From NCBI RefSeq assembly GCF_035687465.1, contig NZ_DASRXP010000631.1, positions 1,114 to 65,113 on the forward strand: a DNA stretch of 64,000 bases, in the 5' to 3' direction. The DNA is from Kribbella sp. GTDB taxonomy: Bacteria > Actinomycetota > Actinomycetes > Propionibacteriales > Kribbellaceae. The notes beneath the pieces were generated by a model. That model had not been told where the DNA came from, did no database searches, and saw nothing but the letters and a program-made list of their open reading frames with translations. The position numbers were made by a program, and so were the translations under genes. Positions 36,224-44,991 of this stretch are shown piece after piece; position 1 is the stretch's first letter; every line of letters begins with the position of its first letter.

Positions 36224-36239
36224 GTTTGTCGACAAATCC
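36224..36239. promoter_or_regulatory. 16-bp motif GTTTGTCGACAAATCC (core palindrome TTTGTCGACAAA), copy 1
   Basis: Identical 16-mer also at 42284-42299. This copy lies 25 bp from the parS-like site, downstream of parB. Confidence 0.4.
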
Positions 36240-36338
36240 CGCGCGGGGTAGATCGCGTCTGGTCTCACCGCTGGTCGCACCGCTGGTCTCCAGCCGCAGG
36301 CCCCGCGTCAGCCCACCAGTCGAATGCGCCTCCAACTC

Positions 36339-36386
36339 AAAGACCGCCGCCCCACAGCCGATGTTGGCTGTGGGGCGGTGGTCTTT
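36339..36386. terminator. Bidirectional intrinsic terminator between the convergent DUF3817 gene and parB
   Basis: Stem GACCGCCGCCCCACAGCC (36342-36359), loop GATGTT, stem GGCTGTGGGGCGGTGGTC (36366-36383) with one G-U pair. Flanked by AAA and TTT. Confidence 0.7.
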
Positions 36387-36407
36387 CTGGCTGTGTGGGC
36401 CGCTGGA

Positions 36408-37355
36408 TCAGGAGCCGTCCTTGTTCGGGTCCATCAAGGTGACGATGCGTTCCAGGTCGTCGATGGAGGCGAACTCGACGGTGATCTTGCCCTTGGTCTT
36501 GCCGAGGTCGACCTTCACGCGGGTCTCGAAGCGATCCGACAGGCGGTCGGCCAGGTCGACCAGGCGTGGCGCGACCGGCTTGTTGCGGCGGCGCGCCGGG
36601 GTCGGGTCGTCGGCGGACATGTCGCCCATGGCGACGATCTCCTCGACTGTGCGGACCGAGAGTCCCTCGGCGACGATCCGCTGGGCGAGGCGCTCGATGG
36701 CGTCCCCGCTGGGGAGGCCCAGCAGCGCCCGGGCGTGGCCGGCGGAGAGAACCCCGGCCGCGACCCGCCGCTGCACCGAAGCCGGGAGCTTCAGCAGGCG
36801 GAGCGTGTTGGAGATCTGCGGGCGTGACCGACCGATCCGGGTCGAGAGCTCCTCCTGGGTGCAGCCGAAGTCGTCCAGCAACTGCTTGTACGCGGCGGCC
36901 TCTTCCAGTGCGTTCAGCTCGCTGCGGTGGAGGTTCTCCAGCAGGGCATCGCGGAGCATGACGTCATCTGAGGTCTCCCGCACGATCGCCGGGATCGTGG
37001 TCAGACCGGCCTCCTGAGTGGCGCGCCAGCGCCGCTCACCCATCACCAGTTCGTAGGTGTCCTCGGTCAGCCGCCGGACGACGATCGGCTGCAGCAGGCC
37101 GATCTCCTTGACCGAGTGCGCCAGCTCCGCCATCGCGTCCTCGTCGAATTCTCTGCGTGGCTGCTTGGGGTTCGGGCTGATCTTCTTGACGTCGAGCTCC
37201 GCGAACTCCGCCCCCGGAACCGCGGCGAGCTCCGGGCCGGTGTGGATCGGCGGAGCTCCCGGGATCGAGTGGGACTTGCTGCCCAGAGTCGTACTGCCGG
37301 GAGCGGGTGTGCTGGGAATCAGCGCACCGAGTCCACGTCCGAGTCGGGTGTTCAT
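36408..37355 (-). CDS. parB: Chromosome partitioning protein ParB
   Basis: [49 protein letters not shown], and the [27 protein letters not shown]. Confidence 0.93.
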   Translation of the reverse strand: MNTRLGRGLGALIPSTPAPGSTTLGSKSHSIPGAPPIHTGPELAAVPGAEFAELDVKKISPNPKQPRREFDEDAMAELAHSVKEIGLLQPIVVRRLTEDTYELVMGERRWRATQEAGLTTIPAIVRETSDDVMLRDALLENLHRSELNALEEAAAYKQLLDDFGCTQEELSTRIGRSRPQISNTLRLLKLPASVQRRVAAGVLSAGHARALLGLPSGDAIERLAQRIVAEGLSVRTVEEIVAMGDMSADDPTPARRRNKPVAPRLVDLADRLSDRFETRVKVDLGKTKGKITVEFASIDDLERIVTLMDPNKDGS

Positions 37356-37431
37356 CGACGCTCCCTTTCGACTACTGCGATGTACGACTGCCTACAAAAC
37401 TGACAACTGCGGGTCCTGCTGACTGCGACCG

Positions 37432-38385
37432 TCAGGCGTTGTTGCGCATGGCGATCTCGCGGGACGCCTCCAGGTACGACAGGGCTCCCGCGGAGGCCGG
37501 GTCGTACGCCAGCACGGTCTGGCCGTGGCTCGGTGCTTCGGAGATGCGGACCGACCGCGGTACGGCGGTGCGCAGTACGGCCTCCTGGAAGTGGCCGCGG
37601 ACCTCCGCTGCCACTTCGCCGGCCAACTTCGTGCGGGCGTCGTACATGGTCAGCAGGATGGTGGAGACGTCCAGCCCTGGATTCAGGTGGGACTTCACCA
37701 TGTCGATGTGCCGGAGCAGTTGGGACAGGCCCTCGAGCGCGTAGTACTCGGCCTGGATCGGGACCAGCACCTCGCGCGCGGCGGTGAGGGCGTTCACGGT
37801 GAGGAGTCCGAGCGAGGGCGGGCAGTCGATGAAGACGTAGTCGTACTTCTCGCCCGCGGCCTCGGTCTCGGCCAGGTGGGCGTCGAGCGCCTTCTTCAGC
37901 CGGCTCTCACGAGCCACGATGCTGACGAGTTCGATCTCGGCGCCGGCCAGGTCGATCGTGGCCGGGACCACCATGATGCCGGGATGCTCCTCGCACGGAT
38001 GGAGCAGTTTGCCGAGCGGCTCTCCCTCGATCACGGCCTCGTAGATGCCAGGGGTGCCTTCGGTGTGGTCGACCCCGAGGGCCGTCGAGGCGTTGCCTTG
38101 GGGGTCCAGGTCGATCACCAGGATCCGCGCGCCGTACAGCGCGAGGCCGGCGGCGACGTTGACGGTGGTTGTGGTCTTGCCGACGCCACCCTTCTGGTTG
38201 GCGACGACGAAGACCCGGGTTTCTGCGGGCAGCGGGAACTCGCGGCCCATCGTGCGTCCTTCATTCACCAGCAAGGTCCGTTCGGTGGCGGCGGCGATCG
38301 GAGTTTCGAGTAGGCGTCGCTGAAGCTCGTCCGACGTGGCCCGCGCGGCGATCTGTGCGGCAGTCATAGCGCCCATTCCAATAGG
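37432..38385 (-). CDS. parA: Chromosome partitioning ATPase ParA (Soj)
   Basis: Deviant Walker A VANQKGGVGKTTT, VIDLDPQGN and DCPPSLG. The track ORF runs to GTG 38898 (488 aa), but the extra ~170 aa are low-complexity. I place the start at ATG 38385 or 38376; this is uncertain. Confidence 0.88.
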   Translation of the reverse strand, partial: PIGMGAMTAAQIAARATSDELQRRLLETPIAAATERTLLVNEGRTMGREFPLPAETRVFVVANQKGGVGKTTTTVNVAAGLALYGARILVIDLDPQGNASTALGVDHTEGTPGIYEAVIEGEPLGKLLHPCEEHPGIMVVPATIDLAGAEIELVSIVARESRLKKALDAHLAETEAAGEKYDYVFIDCPPSLGLLTVNALTAAREVLVPIQAEYYALEGLSQLLRHIDMVKSHLNPGLDVSTILLTMYDARTKLAGEVAAEVRGHFQEAVLRTAVPRSVRISEAPSHGQTVLAYDPASAGALSYLEASREIAMRNNA

Positions 38386-38443
38386 TGCGGGACTTGGCCC
38401 GAAGAGGATGTCTGTGGGGGTTGGGGCGGGTTTGCCCCCAGGT

Positions 38444-38509
38444 TCATCCACAGGCTTCTGTGGATGAATCCCCGTGTGAGGGGGTGTTGCCAGGGGGTAG
38501 TCATCCACA
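38444..38509. promoter_or_regulatory. Three DnaA-box-like TCATCCACA elements upstream of parA
   Basis: TCATCCACA at 38444-38452, inverted TGTGGATGA at 38459-38467, and TCATCCACA at 38501-38509. The first two together form the palindrome TTCATCCACAG-GCTT-CTGTGGATGAA (38443-38468). Confidence 0.5.
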
Positions 38510-38556
38510 GGTCGTGGTGACTCGGGGAAGTCTTCCTCGGCGGCCTCGGCGGGCAC

Positions 38557-38572
38557 CGTTTCACGTGAAACA
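38557..38572. promoter_or_regulatory. parS centromere site
   Basis: CGTTTCACGTGAAACA. The central 14-mer GTTTCACGTGAAAC is a perfect match to the consensus. Confidence 0.85.
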
Positions 38573-38894
38573 GGCGCCGGGTCGCTCTCAGGAAGTCCGG
38601 CCTCGGGAGGTCCCGTATCGAGACCGATCGAGGCGGCCGCCTGCAGAGGAGACCGGGGATCAGAAAGCGTGGCGATTCTAGTCTCACTGCTCACCGGCAG
38701 CGAAACAACGGGATCAGCACTCAACGCCGCGGTCGTCGTTGATGAAGCGCTGTTCGCCGAGGGGTGCTCGGCGGGTTCGGGGGTGACGAGGCGGACTGCT
38801 GCCGAACCTTCGGCCGGCCAGCCGATCCCTTGCGTCACCCGGGGTTCACCGGTGCTCTTCTCAGGCCATCCGAGGGCACGACTCACGAACCCGC

Positions 38895-39566
38895 TCACCT
38901 CCCGCGTCTTCTGTGCTGGGATCCCCGCGCAGCACGTCCGGCCACAATACTCACGACCGTCGTCGGCTGGGCGAGTTCATCCACACCGAGTTGGTGGACG
39001 TGCCACTCTTCCGCTCCGAGGGCCTCGAGTTCGCCTTCCGCGCCGGCCAACTCCTCCTCTGCGGAGGCGCCCTTCATGGCCAGCATCAGACCGCCTTCGA
39101 CACAGAGCGGGAGACACCACGCGGCCAGCTTGGCCAGTGGAGCCACCGCCCGCGACGCGACCACGTCGTACGACGCAGGCGTCAGATCCTCGGCGCGCGA
39201 GCGGACGACCTCGGCGTTGGTGCACTTCAGGCTCTCCACCGCCTCGGTGAGGAAAGTGGTGCGTCGGAGCAACGGCTCGACGAGCGACACCTGGAGATCG
39301 GGACGAACGAGAGCGAGCACGATCCCCGGGAGTCCGGCCCCGGTGCCGATGTCGGCGACCGTGGCCTCCTCGGGGATCAGCCGCTCGAGCACTGCACAGT
39401 TCAGAAGGTGCCGGTCCCAGAGCCGTGGCACCTCGCGCGGACCGATCAGGCCGCGCAGAGTTCCCTCGGTCGCCAGCAGGTCGGCAAAGGCGGCAAGCCG
39501 ATCCGCCGCTCGTGGATAGAGCTTCTCCACGAGCGGCGGTGTTTCACGTGAAACGTCATCCGTCAC
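38895..39566 (-). CDS. rsmG: 16S rRNA (guanine527-N7)-methyltransferase RsmG (GidB)
   Basis: LWDRHLLNCAVL and the SAM motif VADIGTGAGLPGIVLAL. Position between jag and parA. Confidence 0.9.
   Translation of the reverse strand: MTDDVSRETPPLVEKLYPRAADRLAAFADLLATEGTLRGLIGPREVPRLWDRHLLNCAVLERLIPEEATVADIGTGAGLPGIVLALVRPDLQVSLVEPLLRRTTFLTEAVESLKCTNAEVVRSRAEDLTPASYDVVASRAVAPLAKLAAWCLPLCVEGGLMLAMKGASAEEELAGAEGELEALGAEEWHVHQLGVDELAQPTTVVSIVAGRAARGSQHRRRGR
39540..39555. promoter_or_regulatory. parS centromere site inside the 5-prime end of rsmG
   Basis: TGTTTCACGTGAAACG, encoding residues DVSRET of RsmG. This is a classic actinobacterial arrangement. Confidence 0.85.
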
Positions 39567-39582
39567 GAGCAGGACACAGCGA

Positions 39583-40107
39583 TCACGCGGGCTGGACGAC
39601 GACCCGGCGACGCGGCTCCTCGCCCTCCGACTCGCTGGTCAGCCCGGCGGCGGCGACCACGTCGTGGACGACCTTGCGCTCGAAGGGCGTCATCGGGTCG
39701 AGGCGCACGGGGGCACCACTGGCCTTCACCTCGTCGACCGCCTTCTGGCCGACCTGCTCGAGCTCGGCCTTCCGGTTCGCGCGGTAGTTCGACACGTCGA
39801 GCATCAGCCGCGACCGCTCACCGGTCTCGCGGTAAACCGCCAGCCGGGTCAACTCCTGCAGCGCTTCCAACACCTTGCCGTTCTCCCCGACCAGGTTGCT
39901 CAGGTCCGCGCCCACGATCGACACAGCGGCACGATCGCCGTCGATGTCCATGTCGATGTCGCCGTCCAGGTCGGCGATGTCGAGCAGTTCCTCCAGGTAG
40001 TCGGCCGCGATGTCACTCTCGGCCTCCAGCGCCTTCAGACGATCGCCGCCACCGCTCGGCACCGTGGTGGACTTGTCCGACTCGGGGTTCTGCATGCCGT
40101 CACTCAC
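39583..40107 (-). CDS. jag: Jag/KhpB-type RNA-binding protein (KH plus R3H domains)
   Basis: The C-terminal R3H region PMTPFERKVVHDVVAAAGLTSESEGEEPRRRVVV. GTG 40107 lies 6 nt after AAGGAG; the tracked start at 40164 is less likely. Confidence 0.85.
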   Translation of the reverse strand: MSDGMQNPESDKSTTVPSGGGDRLKALEAESDIAADYLEELLDIADLDGDIDMDIDGDRAAVSIVGADLSNLVGENGKVLEALQELTRLAVYRETGERSRLMLDVSNYRANRKAELEQVGQKAVDEVKASGAPVRLDPMTPFERKVVHDVVAAAGLTSESEGEEPRRRVVVQPA

Positions 40108-40206
40108 GGCCACTCCTTCACAGTTCGAGATCCGCCCCACGGGGACCCAGGTCTTACAGAGCACAGGAAAGCGGCAGAGCCGGTGGCGTCCGGCCGACTG
40201 CCGGAC

Positions 40207-41421
40207 CTACGAGCGGCCGCCGCCGGACTTCTTCTGCGCGGCCTTCTGCTGGGCGGTCCGCTGGGCCCGCGACTTCGCGGCCGGCTGACGCTTCGCACCC
40301 GTCGTCTTCTTGGCTGCGGGAGCCTTCTTCGCGGGCGTCGCCTGCTGGCCGTTGCTCGATGCCTTCTGCTCCGTCTTGCCCTCGCTCGCGGCGGGGGTCG
40401 AGTCCGTGGCACCACCCGCGGCGGCTCCACCCGTCCTCCGGTTGCTCCGCGACTGACGCTTCGGCTGCTGCCGGTTCGCGGGACGCCGGTCCGAACCGGA
40501 CTCGTCCGTGTCGCCGTCGGCGGTCACCAGACCGTCATCGGCCGGCCGTCCAGCACGCTTGTTGTGCTCGCGCTTGCGAGTTTCCATCGCGTCGAACGCC
40601 GGGGTGCCGGGTGCCGGGTTGCGGCGGATCACGTAGAACTGCTGGCCCATCGTCCACAGGTTCGAGACGAACCAGTAGATCAGCACACCGATCGGGAAGT
40701 TGAAGCCACCGATCAGGAAGAAGACCGGGAAGACGTAGAGCATGATCTTCTGCATCTGCGCCGCCTGGCCCTCGAGGGCCTCCTTCGGCATGTTCTTGCG
40801 CATCAGCTGCAGCTGGGTGGTGAACATCGTCGCCGTCATCAGGATGATCAGGACGATCGCGACGACCTTGACGTTGTTCTCGCCCGGGCCGTTCGCCTTC
40901 AGGAAGGTCTGCGAGATCTCCGCACCGAAGATCTTCGCGTGCTGCAGCGACTGGACGTGCGGGTCCATGATGCTGCTGTGCGTCTTGCCCTTCGACGCGT
41001 AGTCGAGCACGCGGAACAGGGCCAGGAAGATCGGCGACTGGAGCAGCAGCGGCAGGCACGAGGAGAACGGGTTGGTGCCCGTCTCCTTGTACAGCTTCAT
41101 CATTTCCTGACCGAGCTTCTCCCGGTCATGGCCGTACTTCTTCTGCAGTTCCTTCATCTTCGGCTGCAGCAACTGCATGTTCCGGCTGGACCGGATCTGC
41201 CGCACGAAGAGCGGGATCAGCAGGGTCCGGATGACGATGGTCAGGCCGGCGATCGAGAGCGCCCAGGCCCACCCGCTGTCCGGGTCGAACACCTGTGACA
41301 GCAGCCAGTGCCATCCCACCAGCAGCGCCGACACCGCCCAGTACAGCGGAGTCATCACGGCGTTGAAAACGTCTACGATCCCGTCCCACAACGCAAGTTC
41401 GGGGATGGCCAGAAGATTCAC
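40207..41421 (-). CDS. yidC: Membrane protein insertase YidC
   Basis: LLIPLFVRQIRSSRNMQLLQPKMKELQKKYG...NPFSSCLPLLLQSPIFLALF, plus a long basic C-terminal tail. Confidence 0.92.
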   Translation of the reverse strand: MNLLAIPELALWDGIVDVFNAVMTPLYWAVSALLVGWHWLLSQVFDPDSGWAWALSIAGLTIVIRTLLIPLFVRQIRSSRNMQLLQPKMKELQKKYGHDREKLGQEMMKLYKETGTNPFSSCLPLLLQSPIFLALFRVLDYASKGKTHSSIMDPHVQSLQHAKIFGAEISQTFLKANGPGENNVKVVAIVLIILMTATMFTTQLQLMRKNMPKEALEGQAAQMQKIMLYVFPVFFLIGGFNFPIGVLIYWFVSNLWTMGQQFYVIRRNPAPGTPAFDAMETRKREHNKRAGRPADDGLVTADGDTDESGSDRRPANRQQPKRQSRSNRRTGGAAAGGATDSTPAASEGKTEQKASSNGQQATPAKKAPAAKKTTGAKRQPAAKSRAQRTAQQKAAQKKSGGGRS

Positions 41422-41733
41422 TCAAGCACCTCGCTGCACAGGCCCGGCGTCGACGGACGATCCGGGCTGGTTGGCGGAAACGGAGTCTCCGCGCTGGTCG
41501 ACATCTGTGGGTGGAACGGGGTCGTAGCCGCCGGGGTTCCACGGGTGGCAGCGGACGAGTCTCCTCGCCGCCAGCCAGCTACCGCGCACCGCGCCGTGGC
41601 GTTCGACCGCTTCCAGAGCGTAAGCGGAACAACTGGGGTAGAACCGGCACACCTGCCCGTACATCGGGCTGACGAACTTCCGGTACAGCTTCAGAAAACC
41701 GATGATCCCGTACTTGACGGGCGCGATCTTCAT
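41422..41733 (-). CDS. yidD: Membrane protein insertion efficiency factor YidD
   Basis: [31 protein letters not shown]...[14 protein letters not shown]. Confidence 0.9.
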   Translation of the reverse strand: MKIAPVKYGIIGFLKLYRKFVSPMYGQVCRFYPSCSAYALEAVERHGAVRGSWLAARRLVRCHPWNPGGYDPVPPTDVDQRGDSVSANQPGSSVDAGPVQRGA

Positions 41734-42080
41734 CGTGGCTCCAGCACGCGCCGCAGCGCGCCGCCGACCTCGGTGGCCAAGTCGTCGAACGACGACGAGG
41801 CCGACGCCGGCAAAGCCCGCACGACGGTCAAACTGCCGGGCGGTAGTTCGGAGAGCCGCGCAGCCATCACAGCGCGCAGGCGGCGGTGGACACGGTTCCG
41901 CAGAACCGCATTGCCCACCGCCTTGTTCACCACGAATCCGACACGAGCGGGCTCGGTCCCATCGGCGCCGGACCGCGACAGCATGTGCACGACCACCGCA
42001 TGCCGACCGGCCCGTCGTCCGGAGCGGACGGCGAGTCGGAAGTCGTCGGACCGGCGGAGCCGGTTCGACGCGGGTAGCAC
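41730..42080 (-). CDS. rnpA: Ribonuclease P protein component
   Basis: [20 protein letters not shown]...[26 protein letters not shown] start; 4-nt overlap with yidD. Confidence 0.88.
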   Translation of the reverse strand: MLPASNRLRRSDDFRLAVRSGRRAGRHAVVVHMLSRSGADGTEPARVGFVVNKAVGNAVLRNRVHRRLRAVMAARLSELPPGSLTVVRALPASASSSFDDLATEVGGALRRVLEPR

Positions 42081-42117
42081 GAGGTCGTCACCGTCGGAGG
42101 ACTGTCAGCCCGACGGC

Positions 42118-42255
42118 TCAGGCCGCCAGGCGCTGACGGCCCTTGCCACGACGGGACGCGAGGATGGCGCGACCCGCACGGGTGCGCATCCGAAGACGGA
42201 AGCCGTGCTTCTTGTGCCGACGACGGTTGTTCGGCTGGAACGTCCGCTTGCTCAC
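42118..42255 (-). CDS. rpmH: 50S ribosomal protein L34
   Basis: Not in the track (45 aa). GTG 42255 gives [45 protein letters not shown]. Confidence 0.93.
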   Translation of the reverse strand: MSKRTFQPNNRRRHKKHGFRLRMRTRAGRAILASRRGKGRQRLAA

Positions 42256-42283
42256 TGGAATGACTCCGGTTACTCGAGATCAC

Positions 42284-42299
42284 GTTTGTCGACAAATCC
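42284..42299. promoter_or_regulatory. 16-bp motif GTTTGTCGACAAATCC, copy 2
   Basis: Identical to 36224-36239. It lies 29-44 bp upstream of the rpmH start codon, at the edge of the rpmH-dnaA origin-proximal intergenic. Confidence 0.4.
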
Positions 42300-42442
42300 A
42301 CTGATAGATCTGCCGCTTGGCGCAGGTCCTGCACACCGCTGTAAGAAACCCAGTCAACTAGCCGCCGACAAACATGGTCCCGCAGGGAGCGCAGCACGAA
42401 ACGGCCGGCTCAACACCGACCGATCCACGGTACGTGGCCGCC

Positions 42443-42764
42443 TGTGGACAGGTCAAACCAGCCGTCCCCATAGTTTTCCACAGGTCTGTGGAAGAAACAC
42501 GTGCGGAACCCAGTGTCGAGTCGTCGTCACACCCTGACGTCTTGGCTACCGAGCGCGACTCCCGAACCACGACTACCCTCCGGCGTCTACCCGACACGCC
42601 GGAGGTTGCCCCCAATTTGGCATCCATAGCCTGTGGATGACGGCTTGAAGCGGTGCGGCCGGACTTGTTAGCGTCAGCCCTTCACGTCAGAGGTCCCACA
42701 CCCCGAAACCGGTAACCAACCAGCTCCACGCTTCGTTCACAACTGTGGACAACGATGTGGACAA
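42443..42764. other. DnaA-box cluster in the rpmH-dnaA intergenic (dnaA promoter / left part of oriC)
   Basis: Boxes, reading TTGTCCACA-like on either strand: 42443-42451 TGTGGACAG; 42474-42482 TTTTCCACA and 42487-42495 TGTGGAAGA (an inverted pair); 42632-42640 TGTGGATGA; 42744-42752 and 42756-42764 TGTGGACAA (both perfect TTGTCCACA). Confidence 0.8.
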
Positions 42765-42946
42765 TGAGGAAACCCGGCTGAGGAGAACAGCAACTGCGAT
42801 GTGTGGCCGCCGGCTGCACGCAGGGTGTCGGGTCGAAAGGTCGCGCTGACCGGGGGAACCCGGGAAGCACCGGCCACCGCAGCGATGGATTCGGGGAGCA
42901 ACGCGTGGTCGAGGACCAGTCCGCCAATGCAGGAATCAAGGCCGAA

Positions 42947-44482
42947 GTGAAGGACTTGGACGAAGCCTGGACCCGGGTCCTCGCCGGACTGCCACCCAAC
43001 CAGCGGGCCTGGCTGACGAATTCCCGTCCGGTCACCCTGCACGAGAGCACGGCGATCGTCGCGGTTCCGGACGACTTCACCCGTGGCCAGCTCGAGACCC
43101 GGCTCCGCCCCGATCTGGAGCGGATCCTCACCGAGAGCTTCGGTCGCGACATCCGCATCGCGGTGACGGTCGACCCGTCACTCGACCCGGAACTCCGAGA
43201 ACCAGCCGCGCCGGCCCAACCCGCGGTACAGGAATCCGCGCTGCAGCAGCCGGCGCAGGGCCTGCACGGGATGCAACCGCACCAGGGGATGCAGCCGAAC
43301 CACGGCCTTCAGCAGAACCATGGACTCCAGCAGAACCAGCCGCCCCAGTCGGCGCTGTCCGCGCCCGACGCCATCGGTCAGCCGCTCGCCTCGGTCGCGC
43401 CGCCACCGAACGGGTCCGCCCGGCCGGCCACCGAGGCCCAGGGTGAAGCCCGGCTCAACCCGAAGTACACCTTCGAGACTTTCGTCATCGGCAGCTCGAA
43501 CCGGTTCGCGCACGCCGCGGCCGTCGCGGTCGCCGAGGCACCGGGCAAGGCCTACAACCCGCAGCTGATCTACGGCGACTCGGGACTCGGCAAGACCCAC
43601 CTGCTGCACGCGATCGGTCACTACGTCCGCAGTCTCTACACCGGGGCCCGGGTCCGATACGTGTCGAGCGAAGAGTTCACCAACGACTTCATCAACGCGA
43701 TCCGGGACGACAAGGCCTCGCAGTTCCAGCGCCGGTACCGCGATGTCGACGTGCTGCTGATCGACGACATCCAGTTCCTGGAAGGCAAGATCCAGACCCA
43801 GGAAGAGTTCTTCCACACCTTCAACACGCTGCACAACGCGAACAAGCAGATCGTGATCAGCTCCGACCGGGCACCGAAACGCCTCGAGGCGCTGGAGGAC
43901 CGGCTGCGGAACAGGTTCGAGTGGGGCCTGATCACCGACATCCAGCCGCCCGACCTCGAGACCCGGATCGCGATCCTGCGGAAGAAGGCCGCCACCGAGC
44001 GACTGACCGCGCCGCCCGAGGTGCTGGAGTTCATCGCGTCGAAGGTGCAGACGAACATCCGTGAGCTCGAGGGTGCGCTGATCCGGGTCACCGCGTTCGC
44101 CAGCCTGAACCGGCAGCCGGTCGACCTGAGCCTGGCCGAGATCGTGCTGAAGGACCTGATCCCGGAAGGCAGCAAGCCGGAGGTGACGGCCAGCATGATC
44201 ATGGGCCAGACCGCCTCGTACTTCGGGTTGTCGATCGACGACCTCTGTGGTTCCAGCCGGAGCCGGGTGCTGGTGACGGCCCGGCAGATCGCGATGTACC
44301 TGTGCCGCGAGCTGACCGATCTGTCGCTGCCGAAGATCGGCCAGCAGTTCGGCGGCCGCGACCACACCACCGTGATGCACGCCGAACGCAAGATCCGGCA
44401 ACTGATGTCGGAGCGCCGCAGCGTCTTCAACCAGGTGACCGAACTGACCAACCGGATCAAGCACCAGGCCAAGCAGCAATGA
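42947..44482 (+). CDS. dnaA: Chromosomal replication initiator protein DnaA
   Basis: Domain [16 protein letters not shown] and a Q/P-rich linker. AAA+ region [32 protein letters not shown]. Domain [37 protein letters not shown]. The start is uncertain: GTG 42947, GTG 42905, or 42803 as tracked. Confidence 0.93.
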   Translation: MKDLDEAWTRVLAGLPPNQRAWLTNSRPVTLHESTAIVAVPDDFTRGQLETRLRPDLERILTESFGRDIRIAVTVDPSLDPELREPAAPAQPAVQESALQQPAQGLHGMQPHQGMQPNHGLQQNHGLQQNQPPQSALSAPDAIGQPLASVAPPPNGSARPATEAQGEARLNPKYTFETFVIGSSNRFAHAAAVAVAEAPGKAYNPQLIYGDSGLGKTHLLHAIGHYVRSLYTGARVRYVSSEEFTNDFINAIRDDKASQFQRRYRDVDVLLIDDIQFLEGKIQTQEEFFHTFNTLHNANKQIVISSDRAPKRLEALEDRLRNRFEWGLITDIQPPDLETRIAILRKKAATERLTAPPEVLEFIASKVQTNIRELEGALIRVTAFASLNRQPVDLSLAEIVLKDLIPEGSKPEVTASMIMGQTASYFGLSIDDLCGSSRSRVLVTARQIAMYLCRELTDLSLPKIGQQFGGRDHTTVMHAERKIRQLMSERRSVFNQVTELTNRIKHQAKQQ

Positions 44483-44562
44483 CCCCGCGGACCGCGTCGA
44501 AGAAGCCTGTACGCCGAGCGCTACGACACGGTCACGCGAACCACACAGGCTGGGGAAAGTCC

Positions 44563-44782
44563 TGTGGATAACTGTGGGTATCTCGGTGGACACTCGGGCC
44601 CGGCCTGTGGATTCGCTGTGTGGATCGCGAGCCTCGTCACCAGGCGTCCCAAGACCGGCCGATTTTCGTCCACACCTGGTCCCCAGGGTGAAAGGGCGTC
44701 TGACCTGCGATCTCACCGCTTTTCCACAGTATCCACCGGTGCGAAGAACCCTATGGAATCTGTAGAGAGTTCCCAGTCCACA
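44563..44782. other. oriC core: DnaA-box cluster in the dnaA-dnaN intergenic
   Basis: Boxes: 44563-44571 TGTGGATAA (perfect TTATCCACA), 44574-44582, 44584-44592, 44606-44614 TGTGGATTC, 44619-44627 TGTGGATCG, 44666-44674 TCGTCCACA, 44720-44728 TTTTCCACA, 44729-44737 GTATCCACC, 44774-44782 CAGTCCACA. There is a relatively AT-richer patch around 44750-44795. Confidence 0.85.
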
Positions 44783-44991
44783 AAAGGTTCTGGCCACCCA
44801 ACCTGGGGACAACTCGACTTTCGGCCCCTTCCGGAGCACTGTCAGAGGGACCTGTCAGGCTGTCCTCGGTGGCACTCGAACGGCCGCTACGCGACCCGCC
44901 CGAACCGCCATGTCAAGCCCGGTTGGCGCACATCACATCTGTCCGTGGCAGGATCTGCCTGGCACACAGCCGAATCAGGAGGCACCCAGCG

